A stretch of 64,000 bases of DNA. Source: Burkholderiaceae bacterium (lineage in GTDB: Bacteria; Patescibacteriota; Saccharimonadia; Saccharimonadales; AQU-01). The DNA lies in NCBI GenBank assembly GCA_043788365.1, contig JAYVTZ010000013.1, positions 11,071 through 75,070 of the forward strand, read 5' to 3'. This document shows, piece by piece, positions 16,432 through 23,993 of the stretch; within the stretch, counting starts at the first letter, position 1, and every line of letters begins with the position of its first letter. Under the pieces are notes generated by a model. It searched no databases and was not told the origin of the DNA. It was given only the letters and a program-made list of their open reading frames with translations. The position numbers were made by a program, and so were the translations under genes.

Positions 16432-18929
16432 GCCTTGACCCGATAGTTTTTACTCTACCTACGCCACCTCCACCACCGGTCAAGCTGCAGCGCCCCAAAT
16501 TTATTCCTGACTCAACCAAGCAAACCAAGATAATCGCTTCAATATCGGCAATTGTAATTGCGCTTAGTATGATTAGTTTTGCACTATTTACAGCCCTTAC
16601 TAACAACCAGACTTTTAAACAAAGCCATGGCATTAAAACCGCTGTTGAAGAGGCCACGCCTGGCGCATCGCTTAGTTCGGACAAGAGTTCAGCAGCATTG
16701 CCTGGTGGTGGAGTTGCAGTAGGTACTGGCGGAACTTCTGGAGGTGTAAATAGCCCAGTCGTGACTCTAACTGCTGAACCAGCCTCGGTACTACTCGGTG
16801 GCACAACTCAAATTAAATGGAAGGTTACAAATAATCCAACAAGCTGTCTGGCAACTGAAGACTGGGCAGGCAATAAAAATGTTGCCGGCGGTAGTGAAAC
16901 CACAGCACCACTGACCAAAGCACAGACCTATATTTTTACACTTACCTGTAAGACTGCAACAGACACAGGCTACGCAACGGTTACTGTTGGTGTCATCGAA
17001 CAATCAGTCAACACGAGCCCAACAACTAAGCCGACCGTAACACTGGCGGCGACACCGTCGGGTGTTTATGTTGGTCAAAGCTCAATCCTAAGCTGGAGCG
17101 TATCCAATAATCCAACCTCATGCACCGCAAGTGGTGACTGGTCAGGTGCCAAGCCAACCGGCGGTTCGGCTGACACCGGTGTACTGAACACCGCTAGACA
17201 GTATAACTACACACTGACATGTTCTAATGGCGCCGGCAGTAACAGTTCGACTACACATGTCTCGGCCATTAATATCCCTCCGAATACGCCGATAGTTGGG
17301 CTATCTAGCAATCCTTCGGGCCCGGTAGCACCCGGTGCAACTGCGACTCTAACCTGGACTTTCCTGGGTGGTGCACCAACCTCGTGTACGGCCAGTGGCG
17401 ACTGGACGGGCGCCAAGAGTACGGCTGGTGGCTCGGCAGTTGTAGGCCCGATGAATACAATTCGTACCTATAGCTATACTTTGACATGCTCTAATGTCAG
17501 CGGTTCATCCTTTGACACGGCCTCAATTCTGGTGATTCCAAATCCACCAGCTATATCTCTAACGGTTAGCCCCAGTGCGATATTTGTCGGTAGCTCGGCG
17601 ACTATAAGCTGGTCGGCAACAAATAGCCCGACAACCTGCACAGCTAGCGGTGATTGGGCGGGCGCCAAGGCTGCCAGTGGTACGGCTTCGACCGGCTCGT
17701 TAGCCGTCGCCAGAACCTATTTGTATAGCTTGTCTTGTGCGAATAGCGGCGGTACTACCACTGTCAGTAATATTCCGCTGACAGTAACTTTGCCGCCGGC
17801 TCCGGTGGTGACTATAAACGCGAACCCTATTTCGACAACTGTCGGTAGTTCGTCGACGTTATCATGGTCGGCAACAAATAGCCCGACAACCTGCACAGCT
17901 AGCGGTGATTGGGCGGGCGCCAAGGCTGCCAGTGGTACGGCTTCGACCGGTGCGCTAACCCTTGCCAAGACATATACTTTTACTCTGACGTGTTCAAATG
18001 CTGGTGGCTCAGGAGTTGGGTCGACCAGTGTAACTGTTTCCGTTGGTGGTGGAGCGGTCATAGCACCAGTCGTGACTATCACCGTTAGCCCAGCCAGTAT
18101 CGGTACGGGTAGTTCAGCGACGATTAGTTGGTCGGCAACAAATAGTCCAACGACATGTACGGCTAGTGGCTCGTGGACTGGCGCGAAAGGGACGAGTGGT
18201 ACGACCAGTACTGGAGTAATGAACGCCGCCGGAACCTTCACATACACTCTAACTTGTTCAAACACCGCAGGTAGTGACGTTAAGTCGGCAGTTTTAACTG
18301 TTATTGCAATTCCAGTCGTCACGATTTCGGTCGCGCCGACCTCAATAATTGCCGGCGCAAGTGCCAATATCTCCTGGAGCGTTACCAATACGCCGACAAC
18401 TTGTACGGCTGGCGGTAGCTGGACGGGCTCCAAGGCCGCCGCCGGTGGTCCGGTAACTACTGGTGTTATGTTAACTGCTGGCTCGTTTATTTACTCGCTA
18501 AGCTGTACCAACTCGGGCGGCACCGGTTCTGGCTCGGCGACCCTAACCGTCACCAGTGCCTCACCAGTTTTCTGTACTGGACTGGTGCCATGTTATGGCA
18601 TTAGCGAGATGGCGACTCGTGCCACTGTCGGTAATTGTTGGGGTTGGAACGATCCAGCCAACGGCACCGTGCCATGGGTGATTAATGTTACCAACTTTAG
18701 ACCAAGCCATCTCGGCGGCACGTCGCTTGGCTCACTTGAAACCGTCGGTTCGACCTGTAATAAGAATATGTTTGCTATTTTAGCTGGTACGGCGGCGATA
18801 CCGGGCTATAAGGATGCGAGCGGCGCCACGACCCATGCGCACGTTGCTGCCACCAAGAATAATACCGCCAGCTCAGGCCTTAAATCAGCCAGCTTCCATG
18901 TTGGCTATTATGATCCGACTAAACCATAG
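16428..18929 (+). CDS. large surface protein: seven tandem two-Cys Ig-like repeats plus a cytochrome-b5-like C-terminal domain
   Basis: A proline-rich N-terminus and TM anchor are followed by 7 repeats of about 86 aa (consensus ...SWSxTNxPTxCTASGDWxGAK...G...TYxYTLTCSNxxGS...). The last 120 aa read FCTGLVPCYG...GNCWGWN...VINVTNFRPSHLGG. Confidence 0.8.
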   Translation: MSLDPIVFTLPTPPPPPVKLQRPKFIPDSTKQTKIIASISAIVIALSMISFALFTALTNNQTFKQSHGIKTAVEEATPGASLSSDKSSAALPGGGVAVGTGGTSGGVNSPVVTLTAEPASVLLGGTTQIKWKVTNNPTSCLATEDWAGNKNVAGGSETTAPLTKAQTYIFTLTCKTATDTGYATVTVGVIEQSVNTSPTTKPTVTLAATPSGVYVGQSSILSWSVSNNPTSCTASGDWSGAKPTGGSADTGVLNTARQYNYTLTCSNGAGSNSSTTHVSAINIPPNTPIVGLSSNPSGPVAPGATATLTWTFLGGAPTSCTASGDWTGAKSTAGGSAVVGPMNTIRTYSYTLTCSNVSGSSFDTASILVIPNPPAISLTVSPSAIFVGSSATISWSATNSPTTCTASGDWAGAKAASGTASTGSLAVARTYLYSLSCANSGGTTTVSNIPLTVTLPPAPVVTINANPISTTVGSSSTLSWSATNSPTTCTASGDWAGAKAASGTASTGALTLAKTYTFTLTCSNAGGSGVGSTSVTVSVGGGAVIAPVVTITVSPASIGTGSSATISWSATNSPTTCTASGSWTGAKGTSGTTSTGVMNAAGTFTYTLTCSNTAGSDVKSAVLTVIAIPVVTISVAPTSIIAGASANISWSVTNTPTTCTAGGSWTGSKAAAGGPVTTGVMLTAGSFIYSLSCTNSGGTGSGSATLTVTSASPVFCTGLVPCYGISEMATRATVGNCWGWNDPANGTVPWVINVTNFRPSHLGGTSLGSLETVGSTCNKNMFAILAGTAAIPGYKDASGATTHAHVAATKNNTASSGLKSASFHVGYYDPTKP
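16758..18566 (+). repeat. intragenic tandem array of seven ~255-260-bp coding repeats
   Basis: Repeat boundaries were read from the protein. It includes an 86-bp perfect direct repeat at 17610-17695 and 17865-17950. Confidence 0.85.
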
Positions 18930-18951
18930 CAAACTAATAAGGAGATAAATC

Positions 18952-19575
18952 ATGCGTAGGAAAAAGAAGCAAGAAACGGCACTCGACCAACTCGAAGACA
19001 CCATCAAAAGAGAATATAAAATTCTAAAAATGTTTAAGGAAAAGAATGAAGATAAACTGTTGTTGGCCGCTTTTTTGGTCGTGCTAACAAGCCTAGTCGT
19101 TATCAATACTATTTACTTTATTGACCATCAGTCAGGCAAGAGCAATCTCATTGGGTCATTAATCTCACCGCCGAATCCGAACCGCGTCCTAACATCACTC
19201 CAAAAAGCCAAGAACGGAGCATACGAGACTAAAGTCTCAAATGTTACAGAGATGAACAAAGATGACAAAGCCTTCACGCTCGCTCCAACCGACACACTGC
19301 TAGTCATGGACATATCGATAACCAATAGCTCCTCGAACATGCAGCAACTAGTGCCGGCATCGCAATTTTACGTACGTGACCGTGAGGGTGGCTTCTATAT
19401 GATGCATCCGTCGTCGTACCTGACTTCGCCATTGGTTCTCGGGACGCTAGCTCCAGGCAAGACTGTTACTGGGCAGTTGTCGTTTGCTGTGCCAAAAATT
19501 TTAGCTCACCCACTGCTTTATATTGATCTTGGCTGGGAAGATACTGCGCCAGTCGTCATCGACGTAATGAAATAG
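18952..19575 (+). CDS. membrane-anchored DUF4352-like protein
   Basis: AAGGAG SD and one TM, then LLVMDISITNSSSNMQQLVP...VRDREGGFY...LAPGKTVTGQLSFAVP. Confidence 0.55.
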   Translation: MRRKKKQETALDQLEDTIKREYKILKMFKEKNEDKLLLAAFLVVLTSLVVINTIYFIDHQSGKSNLIGSLISPPNPNRVLTSLQKAKNGAYETKVSNVTEMNKDDKAFTLAPTDTLLVMDISITNSSSNMQQLVPASQFYVRDREGGFYMMHPSSYLTSPLVLGTLAPGKTVTGQLSFAVPKILAHPLLYIDLGWEDTAPVVIDVMK

Positions 19576-19609
19576 TTTTAGTTACCATTTAAGCACATTA
19601 TCTGTCGCC

Positions 19610-19671
19610 CTGAACTTGTTTCAGGGTCCATTTCAAACTATTCAGATCAATAGATACTGAAACAAGTTCAG
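19610..19671. promoter_or_regulatory. paired 15-bp inverted repeat (each arm itself CTGAA-N5-TTCAG) between the surface-protein cluster and msrA
   Basis: CTGAACTTGTTTCAG at 19610-19624 and its exact reverse complement CTGAAACAAGTTCAG at 19657-19671. Confidence 0.5.
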
Positions 19672-19797
19672 TATGACGGTGATGGATTTATAAACTGTCA
19701 CGAAAAAGTTAGTTACTTCGGCATAAGTATCAGTAATGATATTAGTGGGGCCATCTCCAAACTAGCCTAGGTGTGGAATTATTGCTATTCTAGATTT

Positions 19798-20295
19798 ATG
19801 GATAAATCACAAAAAGCCGTTTTTGCTGCTGGTTGTTTCTGGGGAGTGCAGTTTTATTTTGACCAAGTCCCGGGCGTCCTCAAAACGACTGTCGGTTATA
19901 CCGGTGGTCGTACCAAAAATCCGACCTACGAAGAGGTTTGTACGCACACAACAGGGCACGCTGAGGCGACATTAATCGAATTTGACCCCGTAATTATTAG
20001 TTACAAACAGTTACTGATGCATTTTTTCAGGATTCACGACCCAACCCAACTCAACCGCCAAGGCCCTGATATTGGCGATAGTTACCGCTCGGCGATATTT
20101 TATCTAGACGATAGCCAACAGCTAGAAGCCGAAGGATATATAAGTGAACTTGGCATGAATATCGAATATAAGGAGCAAATAGTCACGGAAGTTACGAAGC
20201 TAGATGAATTCTATCCGGCCGAAGACTATCACCAAAAATTCTCTGAGCGCACGGGCCGTGGCATGTGCCACGTGGCTTACGCACCAGTCGGTTGA
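19798..20295 (+). CDS. msrA: peptide-methionine (S)-S-oxide reductase
   Basis: AVFAAGCFWGVQFYF catalytic motif and GYTGG. I moved the start to the ATG at 19798, 6 nt after TGcTATTCT (19783-19791). Confidence 0.9.
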   Translation: MDKSQKAVFAAGCFWGVQFYFDQVPGVLKTTVGYTGGRTKNPTYEEVCTHTTGHAEATLIEFDPVIISYKQLLMHFFRIHDPTQLNRQGPDIGDSYRSAIFYLDDSQQLEAEGYISELGMNIEYKEQIVTEVTKLDEFYPAEDYHQKFSERTGRGMCHVAYAPVG

Positions 20296-20337
20296 TAGTA
20301 GTAGGCAATTGAACAGGGCAAATGGTATATTATTGGC

Positions 20338-21234
20338 ATGGCAAAAAAGTCTAAAAAAGCACAGAAGATAAAAGTTACTAAACTTTCAGTTGTCGATGAG
20401 CAGCTCAGAAAAACGCCAACACCAAAAAAAGCAAAAGTCGAAGAAGCGCCTCAACCGACAGAAGAACTAGGCAACAAACAGTTTAGACATTGGAACTTTT
20501 TTGTGTCACTAGTTTTAATTGCCCAGGCCATAACTCTGACTATCTATGCACAATCTCAGAGCTTGGCGATAACTAGTAATTTTTTGAACACTGATAGTTT
20601 AGCCTCACAGAGTTCCAAGCGGGTTGTCTTAGCACCAGCTGTGCGCCGAGTCTTTGAGCTCGATCTTAAAGTAGTCGTAATTATATTTTTGCTGTCCTCG
20701 GCCTTCTTTCATCTACTAATTGCCACTTATTCTCGTAAAAAAACCGACGATGATATAAAACACGGCGTAAACCGACTACGATGGATAGATTATGGCCTGA
20801 CGTCTGGGCTGATGTTTGTCGCCATCAGTCTAATTAACGGTGTATATGACCTCGCAACCATGGTACTGATTTTTGCCTTAGTACTCTCGCTGCATTTATA
20901 CGGTTATCAGCTCGAAATGCAAAAACTATCCGGCGTAAAGGTTACCTACCATAATCTAGTCGGTCTACTTGGCTCTGGTGGTGCGATTTGGCTAGCTATT
21001 GCAATCTACCTAAAGAACTCAATTATTTATGGTCACGTTGCCGGCAATTACGTTTACTATATCGATGGCTCGATTTTTATTGTTACTTTGGCGCTGGCGA
21101 CCAACGCCTATTTGTCATACAAAAGTCATGGTCCGTGGCAGCGCTATTTTTTCACCGAGAAAGTCTACATCTTACTTAGTCTAGTCGCTAAATCGGCGCT
21201 GGCTTGGCAAATATATTACGGTCTGCTCAGGTAG
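20338..21234 (+). CDS. heliorhodopsin (7-TM retinal protein)
   Basis: Seven hydrophobic segments. The C-terminal helix YILLSLVAKSALAWQIYYG matches, from memory, the TM7 Schiff-base-lysine motif SLVAKSALAWQIF of heliorhodopsin 48C12. NRLRWIDYGLTS aligns with its TM3 RWVEYSLSS. Confidence 0.85.
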   Translation: MAKKSKKAQKIKVTKLSVVDEQLRKTPTPKKAKVEEAPQPTEELGNKQFRHWNFFVSLVLIAQAITLTIYAQSQSLAITSNFLNTDSLASQSSKRVVLAPAVRRVFELDLKVVVIIFLLSSAFFHLLIATYSRKKTDDDIKHGVNRLRWIDYGLTSGLMFVAISLINGVYDLATMVLIFALVLSLHLYGYQLEMQKLSGVKVTYHNLVGLLGSGGAIWLAIAIYLKNSIIYGHVAGNYVYYIDGSIFIVTLALATNAYLSYKSHGPWQRYFFTEKVYILLSLVAKSALAWQIYYGLLR

Positions 21235-21256
21235 TTGCTGTTACAATATAGCCATA

Positions 21257-22075
21257 GTGGCAAACAATTATTTTCGGGAACGCTCAAAGCCTTATAGTCC
21301 TGGTCAAAAGGAAGTCTTTAAGTTGTCGCGTAGTAAAATTGAGCTTTTTACTCAGTGTCCACGTTGTTTTTGGCTCGATGCGCGGCTCAAAATTACTCGT
21401 CCTAACACGCCGCCGTTCAATATCAACAAAACCATCGACGAATTATTCAAAAAAGAGTTTGACCATTACCGTGCCCTTGGACAACCGCACCCAATGATGA
21501 CCGATAATCAGATCAAGGCAGTGCCGATGCAACATAAAGACCTCGATAAGTGGCGTTACAACTTTACCGGAGTTACAGCTCTGCACGAACCAACTAACTT
21601 GCACATTTTTGGCGCAATCGATGACGTCTGGATTGATGACGACGGTCAGGCAATTGTGGTTGACTACAAGGCTACAAGTAAGAATAAAGAAATTGATATT
21701 GATGCTGACTGGCAAATGAGCTATAAGCGCCAGATGGAAGTTTATCAATGGCTACTACGGCGTAATGACCTACTAGTTAGCGACACTGGTTATTTTGTTT
21801 ATACTAACGCCCGAATCGATTTAGATGGCTTTAACGACAAGCTCGAATTTGTCACCAAAGTTATTCCGTACACTGGCGACGACAGTTGGGTCGAGCCAAC
21901 AATTGTTAAAATGAAACAGTGTATAGATGGTGATATGCCAGCCGTCGGCATGGCGGCTATGGGTGGAGCTTGTGACTACTGTGCTTACGCCGAAGCCCGC
22001 ACTCGTTTAACTCTCGAACACCCAGCCACTTACAAAGCCTTGCACGCCCGCGTCAGCAAAAAATCAACTAAATAA
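21257..22075 (+). CDS. PD-(D/E)XK nuclease family protein (Cas4/RecB-like, Cys-rich)
   Basis: N-terminal CPRCFW, a core IDDVW...AIVVDYKAT (D...D/ExK), and a C-terminal CDYCAY consistent with an Fe-S cluster. GTG start 9 nt after TGtTACAAT. Confidence 0.65.
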   Translation: MANNYFRERSKPYSPGQKEVFKLSRSKIELFTQCPRCFWLDARLKITRPNTPPFNINKTIDELFKKEFDHYRALGQPHPMMTDNQIKAVPMQHKDLDKWRYNFTGVTALHEPTNLHIFGAIDDVWIDDDGQAIVVDYKATSKNKEIDIDADWQMSYKRQMEVYQWLLRRNDLLVSDTGYFVYTNARIDLDGFNDKLEFVTKVIPYTGDDSWVEPTIVKMKQCIDGDMPAVGMAAMGGACDYCAYAEARTRLTLEHPATYKALHARVSKKSTK

Positions 22076-22126
22076 TTTAATTTTTACAGTGAACTGATTG
22101 CGCTTTAGCTGTATAATATAAAGTAT

Positions 22127-23482
22127 ATGATTGATATTCAGTATATTCGCGATAACGCCGATTTAGTTGCCGAAAAATCAAAACAAAAAGGCTACCCAGT
22201 CGACGTTCAAACCTTGCTTCAGAAGGACAATCAACGGCGTTCGCTCTTGGCTAACGTAGAGACATTGCGCCAACAACGCAATGAACTAAGTGCTGCTAAT
22301 AAGGGCGAAAAGCCAAGTCCGGCAGCGATTCAGGCCGGCAAAACGATTAAAGAGAAAATTTCAATGCTCGAGGTAGAACTCGAAACCACCGAAGCCGACT
22401 ACCAGAAACTTATCAAACAAGTCCCAAATATGCCGAGTGCTGACGTGCCGGTTGGTGCCAGTGAAGACGAAAATCAAGAAGTCTACAAGCGGGGTGAACC
22501 ACCTAAATTTGATTTTGAGCCCAAAAATCACGCAGATCTTGCAGAAACTTTGGGTTGGCTAGATAAAGAACGGGCGACTAAAGTTTCAGGTTCTCGCTTT
22601 GCCTACATTAAGGGCGACATGGTCAGGCTACAAATGGCCCTGATATTTTGGATAATGGACGTCGTCACTAACGAAAAAATTTTGCGCGAAATCGCCGACT
22701 ACGCCGGGCTGACTAAAGTATCGAGCAAACCATTTACTCCAATTTTGCCGCCACTGATGCTCAAAACCGAGATGTATGATGCGATGGATCGCTTAGAACC
22801 GCGCGACGACCGCTACAAAATTGAGGGCGAGGAGTTGTGGCTACAGGGTAGTGCCGAACACGTGCTCGGTAGTATGCACGCTGACGAAATTTTTGATGAG
22901 TCAGAGCTGCCGGTCAGATATCTCGGTTACGCTACCAGTTTTCGTAAAGAGGCTGGCACCTATGGTAAGGACATGGAAGGCATTATTCGTATGCACCAGT
23001 TCGACAAACTCGAGATGGAAAGTTTCACATCACCAGAAATGGGCGCCGACGAGCACTTATTCATTATAGCAATTCAGGAGTACATCTTAAGTCAGCTACA
23101 AATCCCGTATCGCAAACTACTGAAGTGCACTTTTGATATCGGTAAGCCTAATGCTCGCGGCGTTGACCTCGAAGCCTGGCTGCCATCTCAGAATAAGTAC
23201 CGCGAGACCCACACCGCCGACTATATGACCGATTATCAGGCGCGCCGTTTGCAGACCCGTTACCGGCATTTTATACCAGCTGTGGAAACAACTGGTGGTG
23301 TTGACCCAGGTCTCGCGAGTAAAGCGGGAAGTAAAATTGACCTAATCCACACCAATGATGCAACTGCCTTGGCACTCGGCCGGGGTATGGTCGCAATCCT
23401 CGAGAATTATCAAACAAAAGAAGGCCGGGTACGTGTACCAGAAGTCTTAAAGCCATATTTAGGAGGCAAAGAAGTTCTATGA
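22127..23482 (+). CDS. serS: seryl-tRNA synthetase
   Basis: N-terminal coiled-coil arm and class II motifs (FRKEAGTYGKD, RMHQFDKLEM, LENYQ). Confidence 0.9.
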   Translation: MIDIQYIRDNADLVAEKSKQKGYPVDVQTLLQKDNQRRSLLANVETLRQQRNELSAANKGEKPSPAAIQAGKTIKEKISMLEVELETTEADYQKLIKQVPNMPSADVPVGASEDENQEVYKRGEPPKFDFEPKNHADLAETLGWLDKERATKVSGSRFAYIKGDMVRLQMALIFWIMDVVTNEKILREIADYAGLTKVSSKPFTPILPPLMLKTEMYDAMDRLEPRDDRYKIEGEELWLQGSAEHVLGSMHADEIFDESELPVRYLGYATSFRKEAGTYGKDMEGIIRMHQFDKLEMESFTSPEMGADEHLFIIAIQEYILSQLQIPYRKLLKCTFDIGKPNARGVDLEAWLPSQNKYRETHTADYMTDYQARRLQTRYRHFIPAVETTGGVDPGLASKAGSKIDLIHTNDATALALGRGMVAILENYQTKEGRVRVPEVLKPYLGGKEVL

Positions 23483-23841
23483 TCGAAAAACTAGAGATTA
23501 ACCCAGTCCACACCAAAGTCGACGACGATTTACGCAAATATGTTAACAAGAAAATTGGTCGCTTGGATCAATATTTGTCGCGGCACAGTCGCCAGTCAGC
23601 CCACGCCGAGGTTAAGCTCAAGGAGTCAAACGCTAAGGACAAAAAGCAATTTACCTGCGAAGTGATTTTGCACTTGCCGCACGATGTTATTTCGACCAAA
23701 GAGACGACGATTAATATGTATGCCGCCGTCGATATTGTCGAGGCCAAACTCAAGAATCAGCTGAAAAAATACAAAGAAAAGCACGATAGTTCCAAGCTCC
23801 GCCGCCGCGTCTTGGCCCGCCTCCGCCGTAATAGTATTTAG
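23479..23841 (+). CDS. hpf: ribosome hibernation/associated factor (HPF/RaiA family)
   Basis: YVNKKIGRLDQYL...AEVKL...AAVDIVEAKLKNQLKKYKEK. ATGA overlap with the serS stop. Confidence 0.8.
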   Translation: MIEKLEINPVHTKVDDDLRKYVNKKIGRLDQYLSRHSRQSAHAEVKLKESNAKDKKQFTCEVILHLPHDVISTKETTINMYAAVDIVEAKLKNQLKKYKEKHDSSKLRRRVLARLRRNSI

Positions 23842-23993
23842 TTTCTCGTTTCTTGTAACTAGTATTTGAATGTCCATTTTAAAGAAAAGCATATTCTACT
23901 ACATAAAATACCAGAAACTAGCTCCTAGCTACTAGATACGAATATCTGAATAGGTTACAATATATAGAACTGCTAAGAGAGGTTACTATTCTT
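23842..23993 (+). repeat. CTAG-rich intergenic element, copy B
   Basis: TAGTTTCTCGTTTCTTG resembles TAGTTTCTGGTTTTCTTG of copy A. It contains CCAGAAACTAGCTCCTAGCTACTAGATACGAATATCT (23911-23947). Confidence 0.55.

Noticed and set aside
17717-18433. 238-aa ORF on the minus strand, plus other antisense ORFs within 16428..18929
   Set aside because: It is antisense to a strongly supported repeat-protein gene. The Ala/Pro/Val-rich translation is typical of the reverse frame of GC-rich Thr/Ser/Gly codons, and there are no start signals.
16758-18566. Regularly spaced ~255-bp repeats as a possible CRISPR or non-coding tandem array
   Set aside because: The period is far too long and there are no short conserved repeats with unique spacers. 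The array lies in one long open frame encoding seven Ig-like domains.
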